From an uncultured Enterobacterales bacterium (GTDB lineage: Bacteria > Myxococcota_A > UBA796): a stretch of DNA of 41,115 bases. The position numbers and the translations under genes were made by a program. The stretch lies in assembly GCA_964554315.1 (NCBI GenBank), contig CAZKOI010000003.1, positions 1-41,115 on the forward strand, in the 5' to 3' direction. The notes below the pieces were generated by a model. It saw only the letters and a list, made by a program, of their open reading frames with translations, was not told the origin of the DNA and did not search any database. Of this stretch, positions 24,847 through 36,200 are shown in pieces. Position 1 is the stretch's first letter; every line of letters starts with the position of its first letter.

Positions 24847-26525
24847 GGCCGGTCTCCCAGCGTCCACACCATGACGGGGCCGTCTACCGCTGGCGGGCCG
24901 AACTCCCGAGTCAGAACCGGCAGGTACGCGCTCTCCAGGTCGGCTCGGCGCTCGAGGTCGGCGTGTAGGACGATGGCGCCGTAGCGCTTGGCCAGCGCCT
25001 TCTGGTAGAGATCCGGTCCACGAGCCGGGTGCTCCACCACAGTGTGAGCGGTACGTCGGAGCTGAGGATCGGTGAAGGCGCTCTGGACATCCAGGTCACG
25101 ACAGCTATCCATTCGCACGTTGGGGGTGTAGGGAATCGGCTGCCCATGCACGGTCTGGTACCAGAAGTAGCGACTGGTGGCCATGGTCTTTCCTACGCTT
25201 CCAGGGAGGTCGAGGACCGGCCCATCAATGGCCGCCTGAGTGTAGGCCTCGGGGACCTCGGCGTCGGACACAGGGATCGGCCAGGGACCCGAGGAGACCA
25301 CCAAGGACTCGAAAACAATCGCTGCAGCCAATGCCGGAACCCAGGCCGCACGCGCCAGCGTGGCCGCCCCCACCGAGGCCAGCAAGACCATCGATATCTG
25401 CCCCCCAATGCTCAGCCTGAGCGGATGCGTAATCGCCACATCAGGGCCCACCGCCTGCGCCCAGTAGAAAGGCAGCGAGACGCGACGACCAAACAACTCT
25501 ACCCAACCATCCCAGTACAACATGGGACCGAGACCCATGATCAGCGAAACCGCGGCCGCAACCCCCCAAGGCCTCAGCGCCGGCCGGCGAATGAGGGCCA
25601 AGAGGCCAAGCAAGATGACGGTCCATCGAAGGTATGCGGTGTGAACAAACGCCTCACCATACTGCGTCAAGTCCACGGACTGGAACCCTCCCGGTGCGAT
25701 GTACGTGCGGGGGTCGACCGCATTATGGTCGAGGATCCAGCCGGAAGAAAATGCCTTCGGTCGAACAATGAGCGCATTCTCACTGCGCAGTGTCCACTGA
25801 AACGCAAGCCAGGAAGGCAGGGATACCAGCACCCATGCCGCCATGCCCCAGACCTTGTCGTGCCAGCCCAAGATCAAGCGAGAGGCCAGTCGGCGGCCCT
25901 GCATCGCCCCGTACAGCACGGCCACCATCATGGCGCTGACGAGGCCGTAGTAGAAGCTCGCCACCGTCGCCAGGCCGCCCAAGATGCCAACCTGAACCCA
26001 GGCCCTGCGGGATGGCGCGTGAAAAGCCCGCCAAGCCGCCCAGAGCACCCAGACAATCCAATGAACAGCGATGACCTCGGAGATGCCGTTCGACATCTCA
26101 CTCATCAAGAACGGCAGCGTCACCATCCCTGCTCCCGCCACCATCGTGTGTGGGCCTCGACCCGCGACCTCTTCCGCTAGAGCCTGGCCCGCGAGTCCGG
26201 CTGCAGTAAGCCGAGCCAGCATGACGCCGTTGTAGGCCACGGCCGGCCCAAAGAGCCAGCTCAATGGCGCGCCGATGACCGCTCCGAGCAGGTCGATGAA
26301 GTAAAGATCTCCGCCTTGAGGCACACCTATGAGCGACGTTGAGAAGGGCCAAGAAAGGTCGGAGAGTTGATGCGCAATGAACCAGTAGCCCCAGGCGTGG
26401 TTCCACACGTCAACATCCGGGTGCCCGATGAGGACGGAGGCTGGGGAGAGGGAGGCGGGCCAGGTGACGAGCATCGCCAAGGCGAGCCACACGAGGGTCC
26501 GCAAGCCCCAGCGCTGGAGGTTCAT
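24843..26525 (-). CDS. large polytopic membrane protein, GT-C-like putative glycosyltransferase
   Basis: 560 aa with about 12 hydrophobic segments. The first predicted loop has the acidic motif GHPDVDVWNH, reminiscent of the GT-C DxD/ExD loop, and there is a soluble C-terminal domain of about 150 aa. The ATG overlaps the reductase stop (ATGA at 26522-26525). Function is inferred only. Confidence 0.55.
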   Translation of the reverse strand: MNLQRWGLRTLVWLALAMLVTWPASLSPASVLIGHPDVDVWNHAWGYWFIAHQLSDLSWPFSTSLIGVPQGGDLYFIDLLGAVIGAPLSWLFGPAVAYNGVMLARLTAAGLAGQALAEEVAGRGPHTMVAGAGMVTLPFLMSEMSNGISEVIAVHWIVWVLWAAWRAFHAPSRRAWVQVGILGGLATVASFYYGLVSAMMVAVLYGAMQGRRLASRLILGWHDKVWGMAAWVLVSLPSWLAFQWTLRSENALIVRPKAFSSGWILDHNAVDPRTYIAPGGFQSVDLTQYGEAFVHTAYLRWTVILLGLLALIRRPALRPWGVAAAVSLIMGLGPMLYWDGWVELFGRRVSLPFYWAQAVGPDVAITHPLRLSIGGQISMVLLASVGAATLARAAWVPALAAAIVFESLVVSSGPWPIPVSDAEVPEAYTQAAIDGPVLDLPGSVGKTMATSRYFWYQTVHGQPIPYTPNVRMDSCRDLDVQSAFTDPQLRRTAHTVVEHPARGPDLYQKALAKRYGAIVLHADLERRADLESAYLPVLTREFGPPAVDGPVMVWTLGDRP

Positions 26526-27529
26526 GTCCCTGGTCGCTTGTTGATTCGGACCGACGAAAAAATGGTCCGTAGCTGATCAACCACTTCACCCGACAGGGTC
26601 AGGTGCATCGCACAGGCATTCTCTCGGGCCTGGGCTTCGGTTCGTGCACCCACCAGCGCAGCCGATACGCTCTCTTGGTGCAAGACCCACGCGACCGCTA
26701 GGTTGGCCAGCGAGCAGCGCAGATCTTGGGCCAGGACCTCGACCTGAGCGAGCGCCTCCAGCACTCGCGCCCTGTTCTCAGGGTGGTAGAGGGGCTCCTC
26801 AGCTCTCCCATCACCCTCTGGAAAGCGGCGCTCAAGGTCCACCTTTCCGGTCAGGATCCCCCGCGCCATCGGCGAATAGACGATGACGCCGACGTCATGA
26901 TCGCGCGCATAAGGAAGGACGTCCCGCTCGATTTGTCGGTGGAGGAGGGAGTACCGCGGCTGGTTGGACGCGAGGGGCACGTCCCCAAGCGCCGACTGAG
27001 CCTCCTGCATCTGCTCCGGGCTGAAGTTCGACACGCCGACCGCACCCACCTTGCCTTCTCGAACCAGCTCGGCCAGCGCACCCATGCTGTCCATGATGGG
27101 CGTCGACGGATCAGGCCAGTGGCACTGCACTAGGTCGATGTGGTCCACGCCTAGGCGAGTCAAGGATTGCTCCACCTCGTAGCGAATCGAGTGGGGTCGG
27201 AGGTTCCGAGTGATTCGCCAGGTCCGACCGTCCGGGTCTTTGGTGTCGAAGAAGTGCTCACCCTCCTCCGTGTCCCACCTCAGGCCGACCTTGGTGAGGA
27301 TCTGAACCCGATCACGGCGGTCACTAATGGCCCGTCCAACCACGGCCTCCGATCGACCAAAGCCGTAGACAGGCGCCGTGTCGATGCTGGTGATTCCCTC
27401 CTCTATGGCGGCATGTATCGCCCGAATCGACGTATCGTCCTCGGCTCCGCCCCAGTACCAGCCACCGTATGACCAAGCACCGAGGATGACGGGACTGACA
27501 CGAAGCGTGGACCGACCGAGCTGATTCAT
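26522..27529 (-). CDS. aldo/keto reductase family oxidoreductase
   Basis: MNQLGRSTLRVSPVILGAWSYGG..., GITSIDTAPVYG, DLVQCHWPD and AVGVSNFS. The start is ATG 27529. The listed ORF extension to 27643 would overlap the PBP gene. Confidence 0.85.
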   Translation of the reverse strand: MNQLGRSTLRVSPVILGAWSYGGWYWGGAEDDTSIRAIHAAIEEGITSIDTAPVYGFGRSEAVVGRAISDRRDRVQILTKVGLRWDTEEGEHFFDTKDPDGRTWRITRNLRPHSIRYEVEQSLTRLGVDHIDLVQCHWPDPSTPIMDSMGALAELVREGKVGAVGVSNFSPEQMQEAQSALGDVPLASNQPRYSLLHRQIERDVLPYARDHDVGVIVYSPMARGILTGKVDLERRFPEGDGRAEEPLYHPENRARVLEALAQVEVLAQDLRCSLANLAVAWVLHQESVSAALVGARTEAQARENACAMHLTLSGEVVDQLRTIFSSVRINKRPGT

Positions 27530-27539
27530 GTCTCTCTTC

Positions 27540-29897
27540 CTAGAAAGGGGTTGGACCGGTTGAGCGTGCTCTTCCGTTGGCACGCCTCGAGGGCGCTCCT
27601 CCTGCTCCGCGCCTTCGACCCTTTCGGCCCGACGACGCATCACCCGAGGACTTCTTCCGCCAGCGACTCACGAAAGACTTCTCAGGATCGACGGTGTCGC
27701 AGGCCTCCGAGACCGACTTCGGGGCCGTCCCCGGCAGGAAGGGCGCGCGAACCCCCAAGCATCCCGACTGAGCGAGCTTGCCCGTGATGTTGCACACCCG
27801 CCGGAACTCCAACTCCGGCCCCTCAAAAGGTCGGGCATCGAGGTGCTGGTGAATGTCGGCCATCCACCAGCCCCACAGCGGTGCAGCGATCTCACTCGAG
27901 CTGCCCCCCACCGACTTGGGCGTGTCGTAACCCACCCACAGCGCGCTCGCGTAGCGGGGGGTACCGCCGACAAACCAGAGGTCCAGCTCCTTGTCTGTCG
28001 TACCTGTCTTTCCAATCGCCTCGCCGGTGTACCCCACCATGCCATTCACACCACGAATGGCGCCACCCGTGCCCGACTGGACCACCCCCCGCATGAGCTC
28101 CCTCGTGAGGGCGGCTGCCTCAGGAGAGAGAACCGGTCGACCATCGTCGAGCGCGCTGATCGGGATCTGCTTGGCGGCATCTCGAGCGATGAGCACAGGG
28201 CTTCCTGATGTTCGCCGTCCCCCATTGATGACCGCACCGACAAAAGAGGCCATCTCAAGCGGCGTCACTTCTCCCTGTCCAAGCGCCAAGCCGAGCTCTT
28301 CGGGGAGCCAGCGCTTCTCGAAGCCGAGCCGGTCCGCGAAGTCCACGAGGTGCCGCGGGCCGCCCAGCTCCTCAAGCAACGATGCCGCCCCGATGTTCGA
28401 GCTGTGAGCGAGCGCGCTCGCGAGGGAGATAGTCTTCGAATACTTCCCGCCGACGTTTCGGGGCCGCCAGCCATCGGTATTCTCGAACGTTCTTCGCTCA
28501 TTGCCGACGGTGTCCGACGCACTGTAGAGGGGCATGCCGTCGCCGTTCGTCCGCGAGAAAGCCAGCGCATAGACCAGCGGCTTGAAGGCCGATCCAGCCT
28601 GGCGCCGAGCCTGGGTGGCCCGGTTGAAGCTGGTCGATGTCGCCTCCCGTCCCCCGTAGACCGCGACCAGTGCCCCTGTGTAGGGGTCGATCATTGCGCT
28701 CGCCGCCTGAAGAGGCTCCTCGCCTTGCCGACCGAGCTCTCGCTCCATGTACGCCAGCTTGTCGTTCAGCACTCTCTCCGTGCTCTCCTGGGCCACCACG
28801 TCGAGGGCCGTGTAGACATTCAGCCCTGACCCGTAGACGGATGATGTGGGAAGGTGCGCCTCAAGCCAAGCTCGTGTTGCCTGCATGTAGCTCGGGTACT
28901 TGACCTCCGGGAGGGGCGTCAACGTCACATTGATTTCTTCCGCACGGGCCGCTGTGACGTCGTATCCCATGGCTTCCATGCGACGGAGTACCCGGTCTCG
29001 ACGGAGCTTCGCGAGCTTGGGGGCTACATCCGGTCCATAGCGCCCGGGCGCAGGCAAGATGCCGGCGAGCGTCGCGGCTTCCGAGAGACTGAGCTCCTTG
29101 GCCGACTTGCCCCAGTAGTGCTTGGCCGCGGCCTCAAACCCGCAGATAGAGCGGTTGCCGGCCTGTCCGAGGTAGGGCGCGTCCAGGTACATCTGCAGCA
29201 CCCCTTCCTTGCCCAGGTACCCGTCAAGCGTGATGGCCATCGCCATCTCCCGAATCTTCCGAACGAGCGTCTTTTCCTCGTTCTGCGAGAGCCGCCGGAC
29301 CACCTGCATGGTCAGCGTCGAGGCACCCTGGCTGTACCGGCTCTTCTGCACGTTAGCCCACGCTGCCCGAAGACTGGCGAAGGGGTTGACCCCCGGGTGC
29401 TCCCAGAAGTCTTCGTCTTCTGCCGCCAGGATCGCATCGATTAGGTACTCCGGCGCTTCGTCAATCGGTAGATGCTCCCGGATCTCTGAATCCGAGCCGA
29501 TCAGGTGTCCGATCAGGATCGGCTCGAGGGCGACCGGCCGAGTCCATCCCGCGAGCCCCGGTGGCTGCCGACCCTCCGGGAAGGCGCCTCCTCTCGGAAT
29601 GACGGTGCCGGTCTTCTCGCAGTACTCTCCCGGCTCACTCGCTGGACACGCCCGCGTGTAGCCGCGAATGCGGGCGTGCTCCATCAACAACGGGGTCGGT
29701 AAGTCGAGGCTGGCGGAGTCTGACCATATCCGAGCGGGGAACGACCAGCCGGGATGAGCGACCTTGTGCCTGCGGTGCTCATCCGCCATCGTGCGGGTCT
29801 TCTCGCGAATGTCGATGAGCTGGGGCCAAAGGCCACCCACAGCAATGCCCCACATCAAGGAGATGCCAAGAAGTGAGTACTTCAGTGCGGGTCCCAA
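27540..29897 (-). CDS. class A penicillin-binding protein (PBP1A-type transglycosylase/transpeptidase)
   Basis: N-terminal transmembrane helix, the GT51 motifs AILAAEDEDFWEHPGVNP and GASTLTMQ, and the transpeptidase motifs GSAFKP (SxxK), SSN and KTGTT. There is a basic C-terminal tail. TTG start with GAGAGG upstream. Confidence 0.9.
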   Translation of the reverse strand: MGPALKYSLLGISLMWGIAVGGLWPQLIDIREKTRTMADEHRRHKVAHPGWSFPARIWSDSASLDLPTPLLMEHARIRGYTRACPASEPGEYCEKTGTVIPRGGAFPEGRQPPGLAGWTRPVALEPILIGHLIGSDSEIREHLPIDEAPEYLIDAILAAEDEDFWEHPGVNPFASLRAAWANVQKSRYSQGASTLTMQVVRRLSQNEEKTLVRKIREMAMAITLDGYLGKEGVLQMYLDAPYLGQAGNRSICGFEAAAKHYWGKSAKELSLSEAATLAGILPAPGRYGPDVAPKLAKLRRDRVLRRMEAMGYDVTAARAEEINVTLTPLPEVKYPSYMQATRAWLEAHLPTSSVYGSGLNVYTALDVVAQESTERVLNDKLAYMERELGRQGEEPLQAASAMIDPYTGALVAVYGGREATSTSFNRATQARRQAGSAFKPLVYALAFSRTNGDGMPLYSASDTVGNERRTFENTDGWRPRNVGGKYSKTISLASALAHSSNIGAASLLEELGGPRHLVDFADRLGFEKRWLPEELGLALGQGEVTPLEMASFVGAVINGGRRTSGSPVLIARDAAKQIPISALDDGRPVLSPEAAALTRELMRGVVQSGTGGAIRGVNGMVGYTGEAIGKTGTTDKELDLWFVGGTPRYASALWVGYDTPKSVGGSSSEIAAPLWGWWMADIHQHLDARPFEGPELEFRRVCNITGKLAQSGCLGVRAPFLPGTAPKSVSEACDTVDPEKSFVSRWRKKSSGDASSGRKGRRRGAGGAPSRRANGRARSTGPTPF

Positions 29898-30025
29898 AGG
29901 TCTGCCTCTCGTCGAATCAGCGCGCGCCGCCGCTGCTATGCTACCCTATGAGGTCAGTCCTTCGCGCGCGAGCACGCGCAAGTCGCGGCTTCGGGCTCGC
30001 CCAAAAACTGCTACGACGGCCCAAC

Positions 30026-31837
30026 CTAGGCGTTTACGGTGGCCGCGATGATCGCCGGATCGACGGCATAGGTGGTCAAGAACCGGTGGCGCTCTTGCTT
30101 CATCCGGGTGACCCAGTCCGCGTAAGCCTCCGAAAGGCCTAACGATTGATAGTGCCGACGCGGGTTCAGGATCGGCACCCCAACCGCGTCGACAAGCGCC
30201 GCATTCTCAGGCGCATCCACGTCCACAATCTCGTAGCCGAAGTCCGGGTCCGTGACCCAGACAATCTCGTCCTTCAGCATCGCCTCCAGCATGGCGCTCG
30301 AGTGCCGGATCTTCACCTTGAAGCCCTCTCCGCGCTTCACGCTCTGGCTGTCCCCCGCGACAAAGCCGGTGTTCATCATCCAGAGGCCGACTTCAGGCAT
30401 GGTGCTGGCCAGCTCCGAGAAGCGCTGCGCCTGGAGCCCGTGGGCGAGCGGGAAGAAAGGCTGTGTGAAGGGACTGCGGGTCTTTCCCGTGTCCGTTCCC
30501 GCAGCCGAGGTCTTCGTGGTCTCCCCCAACATGAAGTAGCCCGCAGCCTGCTCCGGTGAGACAAAGCGAACAATGCCGGGAGTCGCGGCATCAGCCCCCT
30601 CGTCTCGGTTGAGGATTCCCATCGTCGCCACTGCGGAGATGCTGTGCAGGTCGGCCGCGTCGTCGATGCTTGACATCGGAATGATCGATCGACCATTCTC
30701 CGTCCACTTTACAAAATCCCAGCCCTGTTTGACCGCACCCGCCGCACTAACAACCTCGGACGGATCCACGTCTCCCGCGACGTAAGCCGCGAGGTTCGTC
30801 GGATCAGCTCCGGTGCAGAGCAGCACATCCTGGAGCCGGCGGGCATCCTCAACCGAGAGAATTCCCTTGGAGAATTCAAAGCGTCCCTGCTCGTCCGTGT
30901 AGACATTCTCGACCCACGCATTCGAGGACATCGTCCCGCGGTAAATGACGGGCTCATTCTCCTCGTTGAGGCCAAAGGTCTTCGCAAAGCAGCCATTCTC
31001 AGTGATGGACAGCTCGCCCTCAGGCCAGAGGCTGACCATGTCATCCTGAATAGGCCGGGTGACATCCCCCTGCTTGGAGAAGGTCGTCGTCGTCTTTCCG
31101 GTGCCGCTCAGACCCATGATCGTCATCGAGACGGTCTTGCCGCCGATCTCAACCGTCTTCGCTCCGGCATGCAGGACCAGTCCGCCATCTTGATAGACCT
31201 TGTGGTTGAGCATTCGGAGTGCGCCCTTCTTGGACTCTCCGAAGTAGTCTGGCCCCAGGATGTAGGTGACGTAGTTCTCCAGATCGACAATGATGGCTTG
31301 CTCGCCGGGCATGCCGGTCGCAGGACATCCCGGGGTGTAGACCACGCGGAACTGCGGCACGAAGTCCGCGGCATCGTCCAAGACATCTTCAACCGGGAAC
31401 GACAAGATCGACTGCATGCCCGCAATGTTGGCCCCCTCGAGGGTATAGAGCCACTGTGTGGGCACCGCGCGTGGACCCAGGCCGATGAACCCTCGGACCT
31501 CGATCAAGGTGCCTTGGTCTTCGATGTAGGCGCGCTGACGACCAATGAGCGCCTCCGCCAGATCGCGATCCATGACCTTGCAGCTGTAGAGGCTGGCGTC
31601 CGATTCTGGTGCGATCACGTAGGTCCATTGCGCCTTTCTGGCCTTGTTCTTGGCGACCTTGACCAGGTTGCCTTGGGCGGTCTGGGTGACGGCCGGTGTG
31701 TGCTTCAGGGCGAGCGCGACTAGCTGGTCCTGAGACGGATCCGTGATGGTGTCGACATCGTACGGATGAGAGACCCGGCTGCTGCCGGGAAAGGGGCCTT
31801 GGGTCATGCCGTGGGTGCCTTGGTCGGTGCCGAACAT
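30026..31837 (-). CDS. pckA: phosphoenolpyruvate carboxykinase (ATP)
   Basis: Kinase-1a motif MGLSGTGKTTTT, ITENGCFAK and overall PEPCK-ATP-like order. The start is ATG 31837, with AGGAG 6 nt upstream. The listed ORF begins at 31888. Confidence 0.8.
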   Translation of the reverse strand: MFGTDQGTHGMTQGPFPGSSRVSHPYDVDTITDPSQDQLVALALKHTPAVTQTAQGNLVKVAKNKARKAQWTYVIAPESDASLYSCKVMDRDLAEALIGRQRAYIEDQGTLIEVRGFIGLGPRAVPTQWLYTLEGANIAGMQSILSFPVEDVLDDAADFVPQFRVVYTPGCPATGMPGEQAIIVDLENYVTYILGPDYFGESKKGALRMLNHKVYQDGGLVLHAGAKTVEIGGKTVSMTIMGLSGTGKTTTTFSKQGDVTRPIQDDMVSLWPEGELSITENGCFAKTFGLNEENEPVIYRGTMSSNAWVENVYTDEQGRFEFSKGILSVEDARRLQDVLLCTGADPTNLAAYVAGDVDPSEVVSAAGAVKQGWDFVKWTENGRSIIPMSSIDDAADLHSISAVATMGILNRDEGADAATPGIVRFVSPEQAAGYFMLGETTKTSAAGTDTGKTRSPFTQPFFPLAHGLQAQRFSELASTMPEVGLWMMNTGFVAGDSQSVKRGEGFKVKIRHSSAMLEAMLKDEIVWVTDPDFGYEIVDVDAPENAALVDAVGVPILNPRRHYQSLGLSEAYADWVTRMKQERHRFLTTYAVDPAIIAATVNA

Positions 31838-31897
31838 CGTTCGCTCCTGATGAAGGGGGGAAGAACCGACCTTAACGTGCTGCACCATCCTCGGCCG

Positions 31898-33253
31898 TCA
31901 GAGCGTCGGTGGACGGACAAAACGGGCCACGGCCTCCACGTGAGGCGTCTGCGGAAAGAGGTCTATGGTCCACAGCTGATCGAGTCTCCAGCCACCGTCC
32001 TCAAGCAGCTCCCGGTCGCGCGCGAGGCTGGTCGGGCTGCAGGCCACATAGACCAGTCGTTCCGCGTCGTAGGTCGATAGAAACCGCGCCACCTTGGGGT
32101 GCAGGCCCGCGCGGGGCGGATCGACCACGACGTGCCGGGCGCCCTTGAGCGGCAGATCCGCGAGCACATCCTCAACCTTTCCCGCTATCCAGCGCCCGCT
32201 AATGCCATTGGCCTTCGCATTGCCTGCGGCAATCTGAACCGCCGAATCGACCACCTCCACCCCGAGAATCTCACGGTGACCCTGGCCCACAATGAGGCCG
32301 ATCGCCCCTACGCCGCAGTACAGGTCAAGCAGGGTGGCGTCACCGGGCTCACCCAGAGCCTCCGCCACGGTCTCAAAGAGGACCCGCGCCCCCTCGGTAT
32401 TGACTTGAAAGAACGCATCATGGGGAAGGGCAAGCTGCACGCCTGCCATCTCGAGCCGAACCAGAGGATCTCCCCATGTTCGCTGGGTATCGCCACTGGC
32501 CACATCGCTGAGCCGGTCTGTCGTGGTCCAGACCACGCCACCGACCTCGTCGCGCGCCAAGAGCCGATCGGCCACGCGCTCGACCGACGCGGGGTCCACG
32601 CTGGGGTGCGTCACCAGGTTGACCACGACGTGATGTCCTTCTCTGAGCACGACGTGGCGCCACTGGCCGCAGTGGGCTTGGTTATCCCAAGCGGGACCGA
32701 GCGATGCATCGTGGACATCCTCGAGGGCTGCGTTGATGCCGCTCGAGGCCAGCGGACATTGCGGCACGGGTACAATCTTCGAGAACCAGCCCGGCGGATG
32801 AAAGCCCAGCCAGTCGCCCTCGGAGGGCGCATCTCGCTCATCGTCAGGCAGGAAGCGTCGAACGCCGAACGACAGCTCGAGCTTGTTCCGGTAGCCATAG
32901 CCTGCGCCATCACCTCGTATTGGCCTGGACGCGTGCCCGACCAAGCGCTCTACCATGGCTTGCTTCTCCGCGCGCTGCCGCTCAAGCGGCATCTCTTGGT
33001 ACTGGCAGCCGCCGCAGACGCCGAAGAGCGAGCACGCGGGGGCCACCGCATCCGCCGAGGGGGTCTCTATAGCGATTCGTCGGGCGGACTGCTTCCTTCC
33101 CGGCCAAGCTGAGACGACCGCACCCACGGGCGCTGCCCAGACCCGCCATGTCCGGCCAGCATCATCCTCACCCTCCGCACCCTTAGGCTGAAGCCGCTCC
33201 AGCTTGACGGTAATCGGCTCTCTGTTCTTCTTTCGATGTCCGCGACGGCCCAC
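31898..33253 (-). CDS. RumA/RlmD-type SAM-dependent RNA (uracil-5-)-methyltransferase with an Fe-S Cys cluster
   Basis: CSLFGVCGGCQYQ plus a later QCPL (the RumA-type 4-Cys pattern), the SAM motif LLDLYCGVGAIGL, then DPPRAGL and VYVACSP. The start is set at GTG 33253, with GGAGG 4 nt upstream. The listed ORF to 33445 would overlap the divergent gene. Confidence 0.8.
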   Translation of the reverse strand: MGRRGHRKKNREPITVKLERLQPKGAEGEDDAGRTWRVWAAPVGAVVSAWPGRKQSARRIAIETPSADAVAPACSLFGVCGGCQYQEMPLERQRAEKQAMVERLVGHASRPIRGDGAGYGYRNKLELSFGVRRFLPDDERDAPSEGDWLGFHPPGWFSKIVPVPQCPLASSGINAALEDVHDASLGPAWDNQAHCGQWRHVVLREGHHVVVNLVTHPSVDPASVERVADRLLARDEVGGVVWTTTDRLSDVASGDTQRTWGDPLVRLEMAGVQLALPHDAFFQVNTEGARVLFETVAEALGEPGDATLLDLYCGVGAIGLIVGQGHREILGVEVVDSAVQIAAGNAKANGISGRWIAGKVEDVLADLPLKGARHVVVDPPRAGLHPKVARFLSTYDAERLVYVACSPTSLARDRELLEDGGWRLDQLWTIDLFPQTPHVEAVARFVRPPTL

Positions 33254-33280
33254 GGTCCCTCCATAGGATAGGTCGTGCCC

Positions 33281-36200
33281 ATGCTTACCGTCCTGACCTC
33301 TGTACTGGCCACCATCCTTCCCGTCTTTGCGGCGGACAGCCCTGCTCCCGAGGAGCCCAACTGGGACATCTCCGCTGCGCACGGACCCACCCACACCCGA
33401 ACGATCGACACCGATGAAGGCACCTGGATGAGTGTCACGGTTCATGGCGAGACGATCGTCTTCGACCTATTGGGCGACCTGTGGATGATTCCCCTCGAGG
33501 GGGGCGAAGCAACCCGACTCACCGAGGGTCCGGCATGGGACTCGGAGCCCCGCTTCTCGCCCGACGGCAGCCGCCTCGCCTACGTCTCGGACGCCGGCGG
33601 CAATGAGCAACTGTGGATCATGGACGCCGACGGCAACAACGCCAAACAGATCACCCAAGAAGAGGATGCCCGCGTCACCGATCCGGTCTGGGACCCCGAT
33701 GGACCGTGGCTGCTGGGACGACGCCGAACGGTCGACACGCGCAGCATCGGCGTGACAGAGCTCTGGCAATACCATCTCGACGGCGGCGATGGCTTCGCCC
33801 TCACGACGAAGGACGCTCATCCGCACGCAGGCGAGATGACAACGGACGGGGACCACCTCTGGTTCTCCAGTCGGGCGGGTCGCTTCAGCTACGACGCGAA
33901 CCCCCTGACAGGCCTCTGGCGGATCATGCGGCTCGACCGAGAAACCGGAGAGCTCCGCGTCGAGATCAGCGGCAACGGGAGCGCCGTCCGTCCCATGCTG
34001 ATGCCCGACGGAAGCGGCATCGCGTTCGCAAGCCGCGACCGCAACCGTACGCTGCTCGAGGTGCTTGACTTCTCGACCCGACAGCGTCGGGTCCTCGGAG
34101 ACTGGCTGGACCACGATCAGATGGAGGGCTTTGCTCTCCATGGTGTCTACCCGGCCGGCGACTGGACCCAAGACGGGGACTTGGTGATCTGGGCCGAGGG
34201 CAAGCTCTGGCGCGTCTCGATGACTGGCGATCGCCAGCCCATTCCTTTTCGCGCGCGGGGAGACTGGACGTTCCACGATGTTCCACGGTGGCAGCGGACC
34301 ACGCCTTCCGACGTTCAAGCTCGGCTAAACCGATGGGCAACCGCCAACCGCTTCGGTGACATTGCCTACTCGGCGATGGGTCGTCTGGTGGTCCAGGGAG
34401 CGACTGGGGAGATCCGCGATCTCGGTCCCGGCTTCTCCCCCTCATGGAGCGCTGACGGACGCGAGGTCCTGTGGACATCTTGGTCGGATGAGGCCGGAAC
34501 CGGGCGCCTCCACATTACGGGCAGGCGAGGTCGAGGAAAGACGACCGATCTCGGCATCTCGGGACAGCTGGTCAGCCCGGTGATGTCGAGAGATGGTCAG
34601 ACCGTGGCGGTTCTTCGAGATCCGAACACCGACAACAGCCCGAGCATGGGCAGCATCCCGTGGTACGAACTCATCGTCTTGCGGCGGGGGCAGGGTCAAT
34701 GGACGCCCGAGGTGACCGCGGCCAAAGTGGACACTGGAATGGGCTTCCGGGCACCTCGTCTCGCGCTTCACGACGGTCGCATCTGGTGGCTCAGCGTCGG
34801 CGAGACACCGGATCGCCAGCCGGCGAAAGCCGAGTGGGTTTCAGTCGATATGGCGGGAAGAGACAAGCGCGTCCACCTGCACCTCGAGGGCGCCGTCGAG
34901 GCCAGCCCATCGCCGGACTTCACTCGCTTGGCCTACAAGCTCGGCCACCAGGCGTGGATGACTGCTATGCCGAAGCCCGGCTCCGAGGTGGAGCTGAAGG
35001 CGCTGCCAAAGCGTAAGCTCAGTGAGACCGTCGGAGACTGGATGGGATGGACCGCGGATGGCCAAGGCGTCACGTGGACAGAGGGTGCCACCTTGGTCAC
35101 CTATCCGCTGGACGGGATCGGGATACCCCCCGCGCCCGAGCGCGCCCCCGACCGCACCGCCGATGACCGTCCGAGCACGCCCGCTCGTCTGGAGACACCG
35201 CTTCGCTACAGCCGCCCTCGAGATGCGCCGACCACGATGACGGCGCTCACCCACGCGACCGTGCTCACCATGGGAGGCGAGGAGGTCCTGGAGAACGCAA
35301 CCATCCTGATTCAGGGTGACACGATCAAGGCCGTCGGCACCACGGTCGAGGTCCCACCCGGCGCGAAGACCATCGATCTCAGCGGCAAGACGGTGATTCC
35401 CGGTCTCATCGATGTCCACGCCCACATGCACTACGGCTCAAGAGACATCATCCCTGAGCAGCCCTGGGCCTACAGCGTCAACCTGGACTTCGGCGTCACC
35501 ACCGTTCACGATCCGAGCGCGTCCACCGACGTGGTGTTCACGCAGGCCGAGCGCGTCGAGGCCGGTCTCAGCGAAGGACCCCGAGTCTACTCCACCGGCT
35601 ATGTCCTCTACGGGGCCCTGGGTAACGAGAACGCGAAGACCCCGGACCAAGCATCGGCACAGCACCACGTCGAACGATTGAAGTTGGTCGGCGCGCAGAG
35701 CGTCAAGGTCTACCAGCAGAGCCGAAGAGACCAGCGGCAGTGGTACGTGAGCGCGTGCAATGAGCGCCAGGTCCTCTGCGTTGCGGAGGGCGGTGGAGAT
35801 CTGTGGATGAATCTCTCGATGGTGGCCGATGGCTTTCACGCCATCGAGCACGCCCTGCCCAATGCACCGCTCTACGGCGACGTGCACCAATTCATGGCGG
35901 CCAGCCAGACGGAAGCATCGGCAGGAACGGCCTACTCACCCACCCTCATGGTGGCGTACGGAGGGCTCAGCGGAGAGCAGCTCTACTTCGCTGAGGATCA
36001 AGCCTATGACCACCCCCGACTTCTGCGAAGCTGGGACCGCCGCGATCTCGACGCACGAACCTATCGCCGAGGTCCATCGGCGCGTTCCGGGGACTGGAAC
36101 CATCAACAGGTCGCGCGAGAAGCCGCGGAGATGGCCCGCCGCGGCGTGCTGGTCACTCTGGGCGCACACGGGCAACTGCAAGGCCTCGGCGTACACTGGG

